DNA of 35,358 nt, from NCBI GenBank assembly GCA_964354185.1, contig CAYGZE010000003.1, positions 1 through 35,358 on the forward strand, read 5' to 3'. The DNA is from an uncultured Anaerolineales bacterium. Its GTDB lineage: Bacteria > Planctomycetota > Phycisphaerae > FEN-1346. This document shows positions 33,050 to 35,358 of the stretch, piece after piece; position 1 is the first letter of the stretch; every line of letters begins with the position of its first letter. The notes below the pieces were generated by a model that was given only the letters and a program-made list of their open reading frames with translations, did no database searches and was not told where the DNA came from. The translations under genes and the position numbers were made by a program.

Positions 33050-35293
33050 TCAGTCCCCCGCGACCCGCGTGCTCCGCAGGGGGTTCGCCTCGCTGAAGGG
33101 GACCTGGCTGCCGCCCTTGACCCTCAGCCAGGAGACGTACCGCACGCCGCCCTCGGCCACGGTCGCGAAGTCCTGGAGCCGCACCTTCCGCCCGCCGGCG
33201 TCCGTGACCTCCACGACGGCGATCGCGCCCGCCCCGCCCTCGGGCTCCACGACGCGCCCCTCCAGGTGCGCAAGGTCAAGCACCGGCGCGGCCCCGGCCC
33301 CCGACGTCGGGTCCGCGAAGCCGGTCACGTTGATGAACCGGTCCCGCGACCGCTCGTCCTTCTCCTCCAGAAGCGTCAGGCGGATCGTGTGCCGGCCGGC
33401 GGAGAGGCCCGCGTGCTCCCACGAGAACGGCTCGCCGCGCGTCGGATCGTACTGGCTCACGATGGCGACCTCGCGGCCGTCGATCTCGACCCGCGCCCGG
33501 CCGGCGTCGTCGAACTTCCTTCCCTCCCAGCGGACGCCCGTCCCCTCGAACGTGTGCTCCACCCAGGCCCCGACCTGGTTGACGGCCCACAGGTCGCCGT
33601 ACTGCTGCCAGCCGGGGCTGAAGCGCATGGGCGGCGGCTTCCCGACGCGGCAGGCCAGCAGGACCGGCCCGCGGTAGAGGCTGGCCTTCCCCGCGCACTC
33701 CCGCTCTCCGACCCACGCGCGCAGGCCCATGTCGAAGTCGATCTCGACCGCGTCGCCCGGCGCCCACCGGCGGTCGAGCGCAAGGTACGTCCCCGCCCGC
33801 ACGTCCGGCACGCCGGCCCCGTTGACGGCGACGCGCGTCCGCTCGGACCAGTGGGGGATCCGGAGCCTGAGCGGAAACGCCGCTTCCCGCTCGGGCTCGA
33901 CGCGCAGCCGCACGCGCCCCTCGCGCGGATAGGCCGTCTCCTGCCGCAGCGTGACGCGCACGCCGGCGACCTTCGCGGCCATCTCCGAGGGCCCATACCA
34001 GTTGAGGACGAGGCCGCGGCCGTCGGTCATCAGCGCCCAGTCGCTCGCCAGGCCCAGGCCGCGCGGCGCGTTGGCGCTACAACAGTTGACCTCCTCGCTT
34101 CCCGGCCGCTTCTGGAACGCGATCTCCTCGGTGCTCGGCCGCCGGACGCCGTCCATCGGCGTGTTGTAGGTGCACCACTTTCCGTCGCGCGACTGGCATC
34201 CGAGGACGGCGTTCAGGGTCGAGAGTTCCAGTTCGTCGGCCACGACCGACCGTCCCGTCATCCGGAGCATCTCGACGCTCATCGCCATCCACGCCACGGT
34301 GCAGCACGTCTCGATCGCGCCCGGGTGGTACGGGTTCCCCTGGGCCTGTTCGCCCGAGGAGAAGCCGCCCGTGTTGTGGCGGTCGAGTTTGGCGATGCTC
34401 CACCACGTGCGCTCAAAGGCGGTGCGGCAATCCGCGTCGCCCGTCAGCCGGTAGAGTTCCGCGAGGCCCAGGATCGGATGCAGGCTCTCCCAGCGCGGCT
34501 TCGGGCACTGAAAAAACTCGCGGCCCGCGAGGGCGTTGCGCAGGTAGTTGCCCGCCGGCGATCCGTCGGGCGCCTTCGCCTCGAACTCGCGCACGATCTG
34601 GCGCGCGAGGTCCAGGTACCGCGGCGTTTGCGTCGCGCGGTACAGCAGGCACAGCGAGTGGATCACCGCGTGGTTCATCTCGACGCTGCCCATGCTGGCG
34701 ACCGGCCGCCCAGTGCCGAGGAACCTCGCGCACAGGAGGTCGCCGATCCGCACGGCGCACGCCAGTGCCTTCGTGTCGCCCGTCTCTTGGTGCCAGAGGA
34801 GCAGGCCCAGCATGACGTGGTAGTGGCCCCAGGTGTCCCACGTGCCGCCGGCGTTCGGCGCCTGGCCCGTCAGGCGGCAGTCCTTCGGGAACGGCCCGAG
34901 GTACCCGTCGTCGGCCTGGAGCGCAACGAGCCGCGCGACGAACTTTTCAAGGTGGGCCCGCAGGGCCGGATCGCCCGTCAGGCGGAGCACCTGGACCGCA
35001 CCCGTCAGGTACTTGCCGGCAAACTCGCCCGACCACGGGAGCAGGCTGCGATAGGGCTCCTTGTCGCGGTCGGCGAACATCTCGAGCACGGCGGGGTTGC
35101 GGTCGGGCATGCCCAGGAGCCACTCCCGCGTGACGGCGTCGACGTATTCGCCCACGACGCCGCCCAGCCGGAACTCGGCGCCAGCAACTCGCTCCAATTC
35201 GCCCTTGCGTATCTCGTGCTCGGCGCCGGCCATTCGGACCTCGCCCGCACCCAGTGCCGCCAGGACCGCCATCACGACCGCCACGTGCCTCAT
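33050..35293 (-). CDS. GH127-family glycoside hydrolase with inserted beta-sandwich domain
   Basis: Signal peptide; WSGEFAGKY, Q..DGYLG, WDTWGHYH, TGGFSSGE, IETCCT.AW, NCCSAN.PRG, YP.EG.V, LRIP.W, YRGP.LLA. Confidence 0.88.
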   Translation of the reverse strand: MRHVAVVMAVLAALGAGEVRMAGAEHEIRKGELERVAGAEFRLGGVVGEYVDAVTREWLLGMPDRNPAVLEMFADRDKEPYRSLLPWSGEFAGKYLTGAVQVLRLTGDPALRAHLEKFVARLVALQADDGYLGPFPKDCRLTGQAPNAGGTWDTWGHYHVMLGLLLWHQETGDTKALACAVRIGDLLCARFLGTGRPVASMGSVEMNHAVIHSLCLLYRATQTPRYLDLARQIVREFEAKAPDGSPAGNYLRNALAGREFFQCPKPRWESLHPILGLAELYRLTGDADCRTAFERTWWSIAKLDRHNTGGFSSGEQAQGNPYHPGAIETCCTVAWMAMSVEMLRMTGRSVVADELELSTLNAVLGCQSRDGKWCTYNTPMDGVRRPSTEEIAFQKRPGSEEVNCCSANAPRGLGLASDWALMTDGRGLVLNWYGPSEMAAKVAGVRVTLRQETAYPREGRVRLRVEPEREAAFPLRLRIPHWSERTRVAVNGAGVPDVRAGTYLALDRRWAPGDAVEIDFDMGLRAWVGERECAGKASLYRGPVLLACRVGKPPPMRFSPGWQQYGDLWAVNQVGAWVEHTFEGTGVRWEGRKFDDAGRARVEIDGREVAIVSQYDPTRGEPFSWEHAGLSAGRHTIRLTLLEEKDERSRDRFINVTGFADPTSGAGAAPVLDLAHLEGRVVEPEGGAGAIAVVEVTDAGGRKVRLQDFATVAEGGVRYVSWLRVKGGSQVPFSEANPLRSTRVAGD

Positions 35294-35358
35294 CCGTCAT
35301 TTTCCCGCGAAGGCCCACCGCACGCCGCAACTGGGCTTCGCCTCCCAGTAGGGATGCA

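Noticed and set aside
1-35358. CRISPR array, tRNA, rRNA, transposase or defence system
   Set aside because: No regularly spaced repeat-spacer array, cloverleaf, rRNA signature or transposase/integrase motif was recognised; the 30-bp repeat has only two copies, 212 nt apart.

Overview
A high-GC bacterial chromosomal window, most likely Planctomycetota (Phycisphaerae-like). That assignment is inferred from the prepilin/H-X9-DG (DUF1559-like) proteins, DUF1080 paralogues, PEP-CTERM array and a small conserved coiled-coil protein. In order it contains: the 3' end of a GH29 alpha-L-fucosidase; two atypical receiver-like genes; a GH15 hydrolase; a lower-GC HEAT-repeat lipoprotein gene followed by REP-like hairpins; a DUF4410-like lipoprotein; an S4-less TlyA; a manA-rluB-thiC operon ending in a heptamer-built inverted repeat; five PEP-CTERM genes (including a 53-aa ORF missing from the ORF track and an apparently internally deleted HAF-repeat protein); an 81-aa protein behind a well-spaced sigma54-type promoter; a YprB-like exonuclease; a tandemly duplicated [HEAT lipoprotein + prepilin/H-X9-DG protein] cassette; proS; a CBM48 protein; a DUF3524/GTDC1-like glycosyltransferase coupled to a MutY with a near-intact Nudix box; and a minus-strand carbohydrate locus (two GH127, GH2, two DUF1080) with an embedded CydA-like/cytochrome c two-gene redox module. 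No rRNA, tRNA, CRISPR array or transposase was seen. The best candidates for uncharacterised systems are the duplicated HEAT-lipoprotein/pilin-like cassette, the CydA-cytochrome c module inside the glycan locus, and the remodelled PEP-CTERM array. All family calls come from motif recognition by eye, not database searches.
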